DNA from: a virus | Lineage: Duplodnaviria > Caudoviricetes | DNA length: 32,445 nt | Strand: one strand, 5' to 3' | IMG/VR virus record: IMGVR_UViG_3300031999_000124 | Location: 1-32,445 of that record | Shown here: piece after piece, positions 11,076 through 18,954 of the stretch | Layout: each line of letters starts with the position of its first letter | Position numbering within the stretch: the stretch's first letter is position 1 | Notes under the pieces: model-generated | The model's database searches: none | The model's input: the letters and a program-made list of their open reading frames with translations, nothing else | Told to the model about the DNA's origin: nothing | Translations under genes and position numbers: made by a program

Positions 11076-11299
11076 TATTCTAAATCGTATTCAACTGATA
11101 TAGCCATGTTAGAATTAAACTTCTTCCAAGGCATAACTTCATCTCCTTTTTTTATATAGATAAAATAAGAAAGATCTGTACTATCTTGCAATATACAACT
11201 TATTTCGTGACCTCCATAAACAGATTGACCAACCGAATAATGCATTGCCTCGTTCTTATAGTCTGATCCTATACTTATTTTTCTAATAGAAGATTCCAT
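11072..11299 (-). CDS. Hypothetical phage protein
   Basis: 75 aa, coupled to neighbours by ATGA/TAATG overlaps. Confidence 0.65.
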   Translation of the reverse strand: MESSIRKISIGSDYKNEAMHYSVGQSVYGGHEISCILQDSTDLSYFIYIKKGDEVMPWKKFNSNMAISVEYDLEY

Positions 11300-11553
11300 T
11301 ACTCAGTTTTTTGTATATTTTCAATTTCAGTGTAAGAACCATCTTGTAGGTTTATATTTACACTACCATATTGCTCTTGTAACTCTAGTTTAAATTCTTC
11401 AATAGTTTTATTAATATCTGCTAATTGATGTAGATAACTATGTTTCTGAGACTCTAGTATTCCAATGTTAGTTAGAATGTCAGATAAATCTTTTTGTTGT
11501 TTAGACAAAGTCTCTAATTGTTCTTCTGTAATTTTTTTAACTTCTGTTTCCAT
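11299..11553 (-). CDS. Small coiled-coil protein
   Basis: 84 aa with a heptad pattern; first gene after a late-promoter motif. Confidence 0.65.
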   Translation of the reverse strand: METEVKKITEEQLETLSKQQKDLSDILTNIGILESQKHSYLHQLADINKTIEEFKLELQEQYGSVNINLQDGSYTEIENIQKTE

Positions 11554-11585
11554 TTTTAATTTAATTTAATTGTTATAACTAATTA

Positions 11586-11610
11586 ATCACTTAAATAAGT
11601 GAAATTCTAC
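11586..11610 (-). promoter_or_regulatory. Putative late promoter GTARAA-N14-GTGAT
   Basis: GTAGAATTTCACTTATTTAAGTGAT; same spacing as copies at 17584 and 27155. Confidence 0.6.
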
Positions 11611-11618
11611 TATTTAAT

Positions 11619-11867
11619 TTATTTCTTAAATATCTTGTTATATATTTTGTTTTTATTTTTTGTTCCAAGTTTGAATTCTAATACTATATCACCTGGATAC
11701 GAATAATCTTTACCTGGTTGCATTTCTATAGAATTACCAAGATTGTCGATACCCAAGATAGGTGATTCTACATTTTTCATAGTAATATCACCACTTGGTA
11801 TAACATTATATGGTCTATCTTTATCAGGACTATTTTTTTTGTAACCAGTTGTAGATAGATTCTTCAT
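11619..11867 (-). CDS. Hypothetical virion-associated protein
   Basis: 82 aa in the late operon; IPSGDITMKNV...MQPGKDYSYPG motif. Confidence 0.55.
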   Translation of the reverse strand: MKNLSTTGYKKNSPDKDRPYNVIPSGDITMKNVESPILGIDNLGNSIEMQPGKDYSYPGDIVLEFKLGTKNKNKIYNKIFKK

Positions 11868-11873
11868 CTATAA

Positions 11874-12326
11874 TTATTTTATATCGTATTCACCAGTTCT
11901 CTTATTAAGTGATACTTTTTTAAAATCACTCTCTACTTGTTTATCTGAAAATTTACCTGTCTTACTATCCATTCCACCTCTAAAATAAGTATCTTTTTCA
12001 CCAGTTCTAGGTTGGTAAGTACTATATTGATTTGGATTAGTAAAAAGTTGTACTGGTTCTACGTCACCTGCTTTTCTAGTTTTATTACCTGCTTTGTTTC
12101 CTTCTCGTGCTCTCATATACTTGTTAGGATTTTTACTAGTTTTAACAGCGGAAATACTGTCTGATTTAGCTTGACTTTCTACAGCTAATTTAAGTTTATT
12201 TTTATCTCCAATATCGTCTACTGACTTTTTAGCTTTTTCAGAAATAGGTGTCTGTAAGAAAGGTGTAGGTAATCCACTACCTGTTTTAGAAGAATTACCT
12301 CTTCCTGGATTTTGAGTATATGCCAT
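11874..12326 (-). CDS. Basic low-complexity protein (candidate internal capsid protein)
   Basis: 150 aa, K/G/S-rich, with a TPFLQ motif near the N-terminus. Confidence 0.55.
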   Translation of the reverse strand: MAYTQNPGRGNSSKTGSGLPTPFLQTPISEKAKKSVDDIGDKNKLKLAVESQAKSDSISAVKTSKNPNKYMRAREGNKAGNKTRKAGDVEPVQLFTNPNQYSTYQPRTGEKDTYFRGGMDSKTGKFSDKQVESDFKKVSLNKRTGEYDIK

Positions 12327-12347
12327 TTTTATTTTTTTTAATTATTA

Positions 12348-12707
12348 TTACTTAGTTTTTTTGTAATAGATCACACCGTTTCCATCACCAGTTATTACGC
12401 ATTTCATAGTCGTTTTGTTTATAAAAGTAAACGTATTTTCAGTAGTCCAATTATTTGGTAGAAAAATAGTTTTAATACACATTGAATTTTCATATACTAC
12501 AAAATCAATTAATTCTATAGGTTTACCACTATTAGAACTTATCTCCTGTACTTGTAATGTATTATTATTATCTTTCCAAAAAAACAATTGTGTAGCTTTT
12601 TCACTAGGACTCCAATAACCAACCAAGTTATCTGTGTTTAATTTTTCTTGAGATAAAACACTTAAACTAAAAAACAAACTAATTGCAATAAAAAATACTT
12701 TTTTCAT
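12348..12707 (-). CDS. Secreted small beta-rich protein
   Basis: Sec signal peptide MKKVFFIAISLFFSLSVLS followed by Q; LVGYW lipocalin-like start. Confidence 0.6.
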   Translation of the reverse strand: MKKVFFIAISLFFSLSVLSQEKLNTDNLVGYWSPSEKATQLFFWKDNNNTLQVQEISSNSGKPIELIDFVVYENSMCIKTIFLPNNWTTENTFTFINKTTMKCVITGDGNGVIYYKKTK

Positions 12708-12740
12708 GATTAAATAACATTAGATTTATATAATACTATT

Positions 12741-12765
12741 ATTACACGTATTAGTTACTTTTTAT
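12741..12765 (-). promoter_or_regulatory. Putative late promoter variant
   Basis: ATAAAAAGTAACTAATACGTGTAAT; same 25-nt geometry as the other copies, with two deviations from consensus. Confidence 0.45.
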
Positions 12766-13078
12766 TTTGTTTAATATACGCTTCTTTTTCCCAAGGTAGA
12801 TTCTTAGCGCCTTCATTCATTTTTGAACGTGGATATTTCTTACCTTTCCACATGACATGTGTATCAGTATAATCTAAATCACCACGTTTCATTTGGTCTA
12901 TGTGAACCATTTCATGTTCTATAGTCTTACTCTTTTTTAACTCCAATGGAGATACGTTTTTATTTACTAGAATTGACCCATTTGACTGGGCCATTCCTAG
13001 TATATTATCATCCATGTCAGTACTATAGATTGGGGTATTGTCCATAAAGTATGGAGGATTCATCATTTTGAATGCCAT
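12755..13078 (-). CDS. Putative zinc metallopeptidase (HEXXH)
   Basis: HEMVH motif, upstream LGMA...G-I-VN strand and downstream PWEKEAY third-ligand helix. Confidence 0.7.
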   Translation of the reverse strand: MAFKMMNPPYFMDNTPIYSTDMDDNILGMAQSNGSILVNKNVSPLELKKSKTIEHEMVHIDQMKRGDLDYTDTHVMWKGKKYPRSKMNEGAKNLPWEKEAYIKQNKK

Positions 13079-13089
13079 TATAGTACTTT

Positions 13090-13287
13090 TTAATTATTTT
13101 TCTTACCTAGTACAAAAGTCTTAGTGTCTCTATATGGAAACATATTATTTAGTACTTCTTTTCTTTCTTCACATCCACACGGAACATCTAAAACTTCAGA
13201 TACTTTGTTTACTACTTTTTTTATACCTGTAATTTTAGTTACATGTTCTATAGTATCACCTAATCCTCTACTTCTATTTGATTCCAT
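13090..13287 (-). CDS. Small phage protein with CGC motif
   Basis: 65 aa; GLGDTIE...PCGCEERKE. Confidence 0.6.
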   Translation of the reverse strand: MESNRSRGLGDTIEHVTKITGIKKVVNKVSEVLDVPCGCEERKEVLNNMFPYRDTKTFVLGKKNN

Positions 13288-13300
13288 TACCTAACATTTA

Positions 13301-13576
13301 TTATGCAATAACTGGAAGTGCACTAACAGTAGCACTTGTTGATATGATAACAGGTATTAAAATAGGTCCGCTCTGAGCAAGTATTGCTGTATTTATAGCT
13401 GAAACAAATGTTGATGCTCCCGCAGAACTAGTAGTAAAAGTATAACTTTTTCCAAAAGCCCAGATAACAAAAGTAGTAGGTGCGGTATACACTACAGAAG
13501 TTATTAAATCAGTATTAAAAGTAATACTTGGTACGTTCGTAACAGATGAAACTGGAATTGATATGTATTTTGCCAT
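13301..13576 (-). CDS. Small structural protein (paralogue of 13609-14337)
   Basis: 91 aa, S/T/A/V-rich; MAKYISIP...FNTD shared with the upstream gene. Confidence 0.65.
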   Translation of the reverse strand: MAKYISIPVSSVTNVPSITFNTDLITSVVYTAPTTFVIWAFGKSYTFTTSSAGASTFVSAINTAILAQSGPILIPVIISTSATVSALPVIA

Positions 13577-13608
13577 TTTTTTTTATTTTTTTATTTTTAT
13601 ATTAATTA

Positions 13609-14337
13609 TTAACCTACAGCGATATCGTTTACAACAAGAACAGCTGCAGAAATATTTGCTGCTACTAAAGCAGTAGTTGGAGCGGTTGAAACTACGAATT
13701 GAGTACCATTAGAATTAATAGAACTAACAGTAGTGTTAATTGCAAAAACACCTGTTCCACTTATCACACTAACAACCATACCAACAACTAAACCTGAAGT
13801 ACTTGCTACTGTAATTGTAGTACCACTACTAGAACCTGATGTTAATGTAATTGCGTTAAAGTTTGGTATTGAAACTATAGGACCTGGTGATCCACTTACG
13901 ATAGAGTTGTTTATAATGTTAGTTCCTGCTATTGCATTTGTATTTTGAATAGTGGTAGTTGATCCACCAAAAACCAATCTAAATGATTTACCTTGAGATA
14001 CTAAAGTTGTGAATCCAGCGATACCAGTTACAACCGTTGCACCACCAGAAAGAGCAGTAGTTGGAGCAATTGATACTACAAAAGTTGTTGAACCACCGAT
14101 AGAAACAACGGTAGTACCAGCAGCAAAAGCACCTACACCAGCTGTTATAGCTAGAGACATACCAACTACTAAACCAGTTGTAGAAGTAACAGTAACTGTG
14201 GTAGAACTACTAGTAGCACCAGCTGCCGATGTATATACTGTAGTTGGAGGTGGTATCGCTGTAGCGATATTATCCGTATTAAAAACGATTGTAGGTTGTC
14301 CAACAGCTGAAGTTGGAATAGAAATAAATTTTGCCAT
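13609..14337 (-). CDS. Structural/decoration-like protein with two internal repeats
   Basis: 242 aa; two copies of STxGLVVGM...TTVxSI...FVVSxAPTTAL. Confidence 0.65.
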   Translation of the reverse strand: MAKFISIPTSAVGQPTIVFNTDNIATAIPPPTTVYTSAAGATSSSTTVTVTSTTGLVVGMSLAITAGVGAFAAGTTVVSIGGSTTFVVSIAPTTALSGGATVVTGIAGFTTLVSQGKSFRLVFGGSTTTIQNTNAIAGTNIINNSIVSGSPGPIVSIPNFNAITLTSGSSSGTTITVASTSGLVVGMVVSVISGTGVFAINTTVSSINSNGTQFVVSTAPTTALVAANISAAVLVVNDIAVG

Positions 14338-14372
14338 TGTTTTATTGTTTTTTATTTATAATAGTTTAGTTG

Positions 14373-14576
14373 TTAACATTTTTTCATTTTAGTTGGAGGC
14401 ATTTTTTTCTCCTCTTTTTTTTCATAAGACTTAGTCTCTTTTTTTTCGTGTTTTGCCATAGCAGATTTAGAAACATATTTTTCTACTTTACCTTTGTCAT
14501 AACTACCTTTTTCTACCATACTTCTTTGTAAATGAAAAGGAGAACTAGAGTTTCTTTTTACTATATTAAGTGACAT
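14373..14576 (-). CDS. Small basic protein
   Basis: 67 aa, K-rich, with an SPFHLQ motif; TAATG coupling. Confidence 0.55.
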   Translation of the reverse strand: MSLNIVKRNSSSPFHLQRSMVEKGSYDKGKVEKYVSKSAMAKHEKKETKSYEKKEEKKMPPTKMKKC

Positions 14577-14794
14577 TAATAACGACCTTTAGCTTTTTCG
14601 GTTATAGGTAAACCGTTATAACTTGGTTTTATATTATTTAATATAATACCATCTTTTCCACTGCTACTACCTTTACCTTTAGGTAATGCCGTAGTATCAA
14701 ATGGTCCATTCCATAAAGCATTTGCTCCAACACCTGCTAAAGCCGCTTCTTTATCGTCCCTAGTTATAGGGTGTTTTCTAACATCTAAATTCAT
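14576..14794 (-). CDS. Hypothetical protein
   Basis: 72 aa in a tightly packed operon. Confidence 0.55.
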   Translation of the reverse strand: MNLDVRKHPITRDDKEAALAGVGANALWNGPFDTTALPKGKGSSSGKDGIILNNIKPSYNGLPITEKAKGRY

Positions 14795-14796
14795 AA

Positions 14797-15303
14797 TTAT
14801 TGATTATTTATTTCGTAAGGAACTATTGTATTTTGTTCAACACCTACAGGTGGAGGTACTGGATCAACTACATCAGGATTAATACCTTGACCAACAGTTG
14901 GATCTATAAATTGACCTGTTAATGGATCTACTGAATTATCTATAGTTTGTTTAATTGGACTTGATTTTTTCTGTGATAAAACAGGATCTATATAGTTTTG
15001 ATTAAACACTTGTCCAACAGTGCCAGTATTAAAAGCGTTTGGGTTTATACTTGTTGGCGCTAGTTGATTTTGATTTCCAATATTTCTACCTCGCATAACT
15101 GAACCAACAACCCCACTTTGAAGTCCTCCTATACCCATAACTGACATACCATTTTGCGCAGCGCGTAAAGCATTTCCAATACTACCTTGTTGTGATCTTT
15201 GGTTTAAAAATCTACTATTATTAAAACCAGCAGAGTTATCCATAATACCTTGATTTGCAATTCTAGCTTGACGATTTGCAATTGCTTGTTGCCATATTCC
15301 CAT
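14797..15303 (-). CDS. Low-complexity N/Q/G-rich protein
   Basis: 168 aa, likely disordered, with an SPIKQ motif. Confidence 0.55.
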   Translation of the reverse strand: MGIWQQAIANRQARIANQGIMDNSAGFNNSRFLNQRSQQGSIGNALRAAQNGMSVMGIGGLQSGVVGSVMRGRNIGNQNQLAPTSINPNAFNTGTVGQVFNQNYIDPVLSQKKSSPIKQTIDNSVDPLTGQFIDPTVGQGINPDVVDPVPPPVGVEQNTIVPYEINNQ

Positions 15304-15308
15304 ATTAT

Positions 15309-15749
15309 TTATTTTTTATCATTATTAGCGTTTTCTATTGCTACTATAGAAACAGTATTAGTATATGTTTTACCATTCATTAACGTATTTCTTCTACTTG
15401 TTGGTATATCTTCTTTACCAAGCATTATACGGTACATTTTACTTATAAGTTGTTTACATTTAAAAGAAACTTTATATATGTTGTATTTTCTGGTAACGTA
15501 GTCTCTTTCTCTCCAAACTACTATCCAACCATTCTTTAACAAATCGTTCCAACGTCTATTATTCCAACTGTATGCGTAAGTACCTATTTTAAAATCTTGT
15601 TTAGTAAAGAAATCCATACAATCTAAGTATATTAGTAACTCTAGATCTGCATCGGTTAGATCGTTATTCTTACAAGCCCACTTTCTTATTATTCTATAAT
15701 GTTTTAATAATGAAAGATCTTTTATATCACTTGCTTCTAATTTTATCAT
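15309..15749 (-). CDS. Putative winged-helix (MarR-like) DNA-binding protein
   Basis: LTDADLELLIYL...NDLLKNGWIV...YKVSFKCKQL pattern; coupled to groES. Confidence 0.5.
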   Translation of the reverse strand: MIKLEASDIKDLSLLKHYRIIRKWACKNNDLTDADLELLIYLDCMDFFTKQDFKIGTYAYSWNNRRWNDLLKNGWIVVWRERDYVTRKYNIYKVSFKCKQLISKMYRIMLGKEDIPTSRRNTLMNGKTYTNTVSIVAIENANNDKK

Positions 15750-16006
15750 AATACAACAACTACATCTTGTAATTTTATAATATGATAAGTATTTTTATCT
15801 ATTTCTATTTTATGACCAGCATGTCTATCAAAGAATATAATGTCTTGTTCTTTAACACCAACAACTTCATCACCTATGCGTAATACTTTCGCTTCCACAT
15901 ATCTAATATCTTCTCTTTGATTCTCTGCAAGTAAAAGACCACCTTTTGTAGAAGTAGTACCTTCTTTTATTTTCTCTATAATTAAACATCTACCTATCGC
16001 TTTCAT
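15746..16006 (-). CDS. groES: Co-chaperonin GroES
   Basis: 86 aa; mobile loop TKGGLLL, GDEVVGVK, IKLQDVVVVL; TAATG-coupled to groEL. Confidence 0.9.
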   Translation of the reverse strand: MKAIGRCLIIEKIKEGTTSTKGGLLLAENQREDIRYVEAKVLRIGDEVVGVKEQDIIFFDRHAGHKIEIDKNTYHIIKLQDVVVVL

Positions 16007-17550
16007 TATGCTCTTAAGTTATTAATTACACAATCAGTTGATAATATTGTAGTTGCTACAGATGCAGCATTTCTTAATGCACTTTTAGTAACTAATAAAG
16101 GATCAATAATACCTGCATCAATCATTTTAACAGTTTTACCTGTTATTACGTTAAGACCATAACCTACTTTAGATATAATCTCAATTGGCGCATCGTCAAT
16201 ACCAGCATTATCTAGTATAGTCTTAAACGGTGCTTTAATAGAATCTAATAAAATCTCTTCACCAATTGAAAATGAATCTATAATATGTGAAGCATTTAAT
16301 AGAGCAATTCCACCACCTGGAACAATACCTTCTTTAATAGCTGCTTTAGTAGCACAAATAGCATCTTCGATTCTATCTGCTTTCTCTTTTAACTCTATTT
16401 CAGAACCAGCACCAACTTTAACTACAGCTATTTTAGCAGTTAAACGCGCTAATCTTTTTTCAAGTTTTATAACCACATAGTTTGGATTATTTTCTAATAA
16501 AGACTTTTTAACTTCTTCTATAATCTCTAAAACTTCTGGTTTTGTTTCACCTACGTGAAGTATTGTTTCTTCGTGATTTGTTATACTTTTAATACATGTT
16601 CCTAAGAATTCTGGTTGTATTAAATCTAAGTCATCTCCAAGATCTTCATTTATAATAGTAGCACCTGTCAATAAAGCTAAGTCATCTAATATCTCTCTTT
16701 TATTTATTCCATAAACAGGAGCATCAATAACATTTATCTTTATATTACCTTTAGACTTGTTCATTGCTAAAGCAGATAATACTCCTTGTTCCATATCACC
16801 TATAATAAGTAATGACTTATTATTCTTTATAACATACTCAAGTACCGACTGTATTTGTCTTATACTTTCTATTGGAGATTCAACTAATAATACCAATGGA
16901 TTATCTAATTCTGCCGTCTTACTCTTTTGATTAGTTATAAAATGAGTATTTGTTAAACCCATACTACATTGAACACCTTCTACAACTTGTAAACTACATT
17001 CTGGATCTTGAGATGTTTCCATCATAACAATACCAGTATTTCCAACTGATCTAAAAGCATCACCAACAAGTTTACCAAGTACTGTATCATTGTTAGTTGA
17101 TATAGTCGCTATTTGATCCAACATATCATCGTCTACTTGTATAGAATTCATTTCTAGATATTCTATTACTTTTTCAACCGCTTTATTTATACCTTCTTTT
17201 ATTTGCCTAGTATTAGGATTTTTAACTGCGAAAGCGTTCTTTAGTATTGCATGTGCTAATACAGTAGCAGTGGTTGTTCCATCACCTGCTTCTCTAACTG
17301 TTTTTCTTGCTGCTTCTTTAAGTAATGTAGCTCCCATATTTTCAACAGGATCTAATAATATAATAGAATCAGCAACAGTAACACCATCTTTTGTAATAAC
17401 TGGTCTTCCAGAAGAGTCTTCTAATAAAACACACTTACCACTTGCCCCTAACGTAGAACTAACTGCTCTAGTTAATTTTTCAATACCAGCAAATACTTTA
17501 TCACTGGCTTCTTTTCCGAAACTTAAGTTTTTGACTATAGCGTCTGACAT
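16006..17550 (-). CDS. groEL: Phage-encoded chaperonin GroEL
   Basis: ITKDGVTVA, AGDGTTTATVLA, GIVPGGG and GIIDP motifs; 514 aa, no GGM tail. Confidence 0.97.
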   Translation of the reverse strand: MSDAIVKNLSFGKEASDKVFAGIEKLTRAVSSTLGASGKCVLLEDSSGRPVITKDGVTVADSIILLDPVENMGATLLKEAARKTVREAGDGTTTATVLAHAILKNAFAVKNPNTRQIKEGINKAVEKVIEYLEMNSIQVDDDMLDQIATISTNNDTVLGKLVGDAFRSVGNTGIVMMETSQDPECSLQVVEGVQCSMGLTNTHFITNQKSKTAELDNPLVLLVESPIESIRQIQSVLEYVIKNNKSLLIIGDMEQGVLSALAMNKSKGNIKINVIDAPVYGINKREILDDLALLTGATIINEDLGDDLDLIQPEFLGTCIKSITNHEETILHVGETKPEVLEIIEEVKKSLLENNPNYVVIKLEKRLARLTAKIAVVKVGAGSEIELKEKADRIEDAICATKAAIKEGIVPGGGIALLNASHIIDSFSIGEEILLDSIKAPFKTILDNAGIDDAPIEIISKVGYGLNVITGKTVKMIDAGIIDPLLVTKSALRNAASVATTILSTDCVINNLRA

Positions 17551-17583
17551 AATTTTATTTAATTAGATTGATATAGTCTATAT

Positions 17584-17608
17584 ATCACTTGTTTGTAGAG
17601 TTTTTTAC
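17584..17608 (-). promoter_or_regulatory. Putative late promoter upstream of groEL
   Basis: GTAAAAAACTCTACAAACAAGTGAT. Confidence 0.6.
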
Positions 17609-17740
17609 TTATCCTTGTCCTCTATACTTCTTGGTATATAACTTAGAAGTTTTTAATTTAGAAGTTTTAGTTTTAGAATGAACTCCTGGTCTAGATACTT
17701 TTATAGTAACTTTTTTAGCAACCACTGTCTGTTTTGCCAT
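17609..17740 (-). CDS. Tiny highly basic protein (not in ORF track)
   Basis: Hand-translated as MAKQTVVAKKVTIKVSRPGVHSKTKTSKLKTSKLYTKKYRGQG (43 aa); overlaps the spanin 3' end by 40 nt. Confidence 0.6.
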   Translation of the reverse strand: MAKQTVVAKKVTIKVSRPGVHSKTKTSKLKTSKLYTKKYRGQG

Positions 17741-18231
17741 AGTAAATATAATATTATTAATAGTAATATAGGTAATATAAATACCCAGTAATTTTGTTTT
17801 TTATCTATTTTCTTTTGTTTAGTCTTTGAAACTTCTGTCTTAACTAACTTATTAGTACTCGTTGAATCCTTAGACTTCGTATAAGACGTTTTATTTTTGT
17901 TATAATATGAAACATTGGTTTTATTTTTTTTGACGTTTAAAATGACATTCTTGTAACTTACACCATTAACTATTATTTCTTTAGTAGTATCTATTGGTTG
18001 TATTGTTATTTCAGTACAGTCATTAGTTATAAGTATATTTGTAGAATCTGATTTTTTTTCAATTTCTTGACTTATAAGTGAAACTTTCGTTTCAACTAAA
18101 CTATCTTTTTTAATATCTACTTTGTCTACTATTACTTTTCTTGAAGCACAAGAAGACATCATTAAAACAAATGCAGTGAATAGTATTACTGTTATCCAAT
18201 ATAATATCCAATTTCTATCTTGATTTTTCAT
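17701..18231 (-). CDS. Putative unimolecular spanin
   Basis: N-terminal lipoprotein signal (…LMMSS-C) plus C-terminal TM helix (WVFILPILLLIILYLLW), the T1 gp11 topology; adjacent to the endolysin candidate. Confidence 0.7.
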   Translation of the reverse strand: MKNQDRNWILYWITVILFTAFVLMMSSCASRKVIVDKVDIKKDSLVETKVSLISQEIEKKSDSTNILITNDCTEITIQPIDTTKEIIVNGVSYKNVILNVKKNKTNVSYYNKNKTSYTKSKDSTSTNKLVKTEVSKTKQKKIDKKQNYWVFILPILLLIILYLLWQNRQWLLKKLL

Positions 18232-18614
18232 TACGATATAGTTAAAGTTATTTCTTTCGCTAATTTCATTTTTGCAAACAAAGATTCAAAAGCTTTTCTA
18301 GATTGTCCTATAAAATCTTTAGATCTAGTTCTACCTACTAATATACAACCTTCAGTATCGTGATTAGTATTACCTGGGTGTATACGTATTCCTTCAAAAT
18401 TAGGTACATTTAATACTAAAGGTAATAATTTCTTAAATCTATTTGATTGATTTATTATTACTTTGTAAGTACCTTTAGGAATAGCTGTTTCACTTTTTAT
18501 CTTAACATCTCTTTCCTTGTCTTCTAATGTATAACACTCCCATTTGCCATCTATAGTCATTTCACCTATAGTAGAATTATCTGACTTATAAAGTCTCTTT
18601 ATCGTTATAATCAT
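18231..18614 (-). CDS. Endolysin candidate, DUF5675/L,D-transpeptidase-like
   Basis: CYTLED, AIPKGTY and IRIHPGN...TEGCILVG (His/Cys) motifs; lies between holin-like genes and the spanin. Confidence 0.75.
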   Translation of the reverse strand: MIITIKRLYKSDNSTIGEMTIDGKWECYTLEDKERDVKIKSETAIPKGTYKVIINQSNRFKKLLPLVLNVPNFEGIRIHPGNTNHDTEGCILVGRTRSKDFIGQSRKAFESLFAKMKLAKEITLTIS

Positions 18615-18777
18615 GTTTATTATTTAATTTAATATTTATCCAGTCATATATTTTCATCGAGGTATACACTATTGATATAATCAATAACATAATTTTTAGT
18701 ATTATTTCCAAGTTGGTAAAACTCATCATTAAGGTTAGTGCGTTTAACATGTATACGCGAATAGAACATTGATCCAT
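18586..18777 (-). CDS. Holin-like membrane protein
   Basis: 63 aa, hydrophobic, directly upstream of the endolysin candidate. Confidence 0.55.
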   Translation of the reverse strand: MDQCSIRVYMLNALTLMMSFTNLEIILKIMLLIISIVYTSMKIYDWINIKLNNKHDYNDKETL

Positions 18778-18953
18778 TATTGTTTAATTTTTAATATTAT
18801 GTCAGTAAATCCTTGAATACTCACATAGGCAGTTGCTATTATAACCCAGTCAGTCGATGTTATATTACCAAGGAATAAACCAGTACATGCAACTATAAAT
18901 ACCATTAATTTACGTGACATTACTTTTTCTAGAATCTTATCTAAGTTTGTCAT
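18777..18953 (-). CDS. Second holin-like membrane protein (not in ORF track)
   Basis: Hand-translated as MTNLDKILEKVMSRKLMVFIVACTGLFLGNITSTDWVIIATAYVSIQGFTDIILKIKQ (58 aa); two hydrophobic segments; fills the gap exactly with TAATG coupling. Confidence 0.7.
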   Translation of the reverse strand: MTNLDKILEKVMSRKLMVFIVACTGLFLGNITSTDWVIIATAYVSIQGFTDIILKIKQ

Positions 18954-18954
18954 A

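Noticed and set aside
13733-14392. Plus-strand ORFs 13733-13948 and 14009-14392
   Set aside because: Antisense shadows of a T/S/A/V-rich minus-strand gene, with no initiation context.
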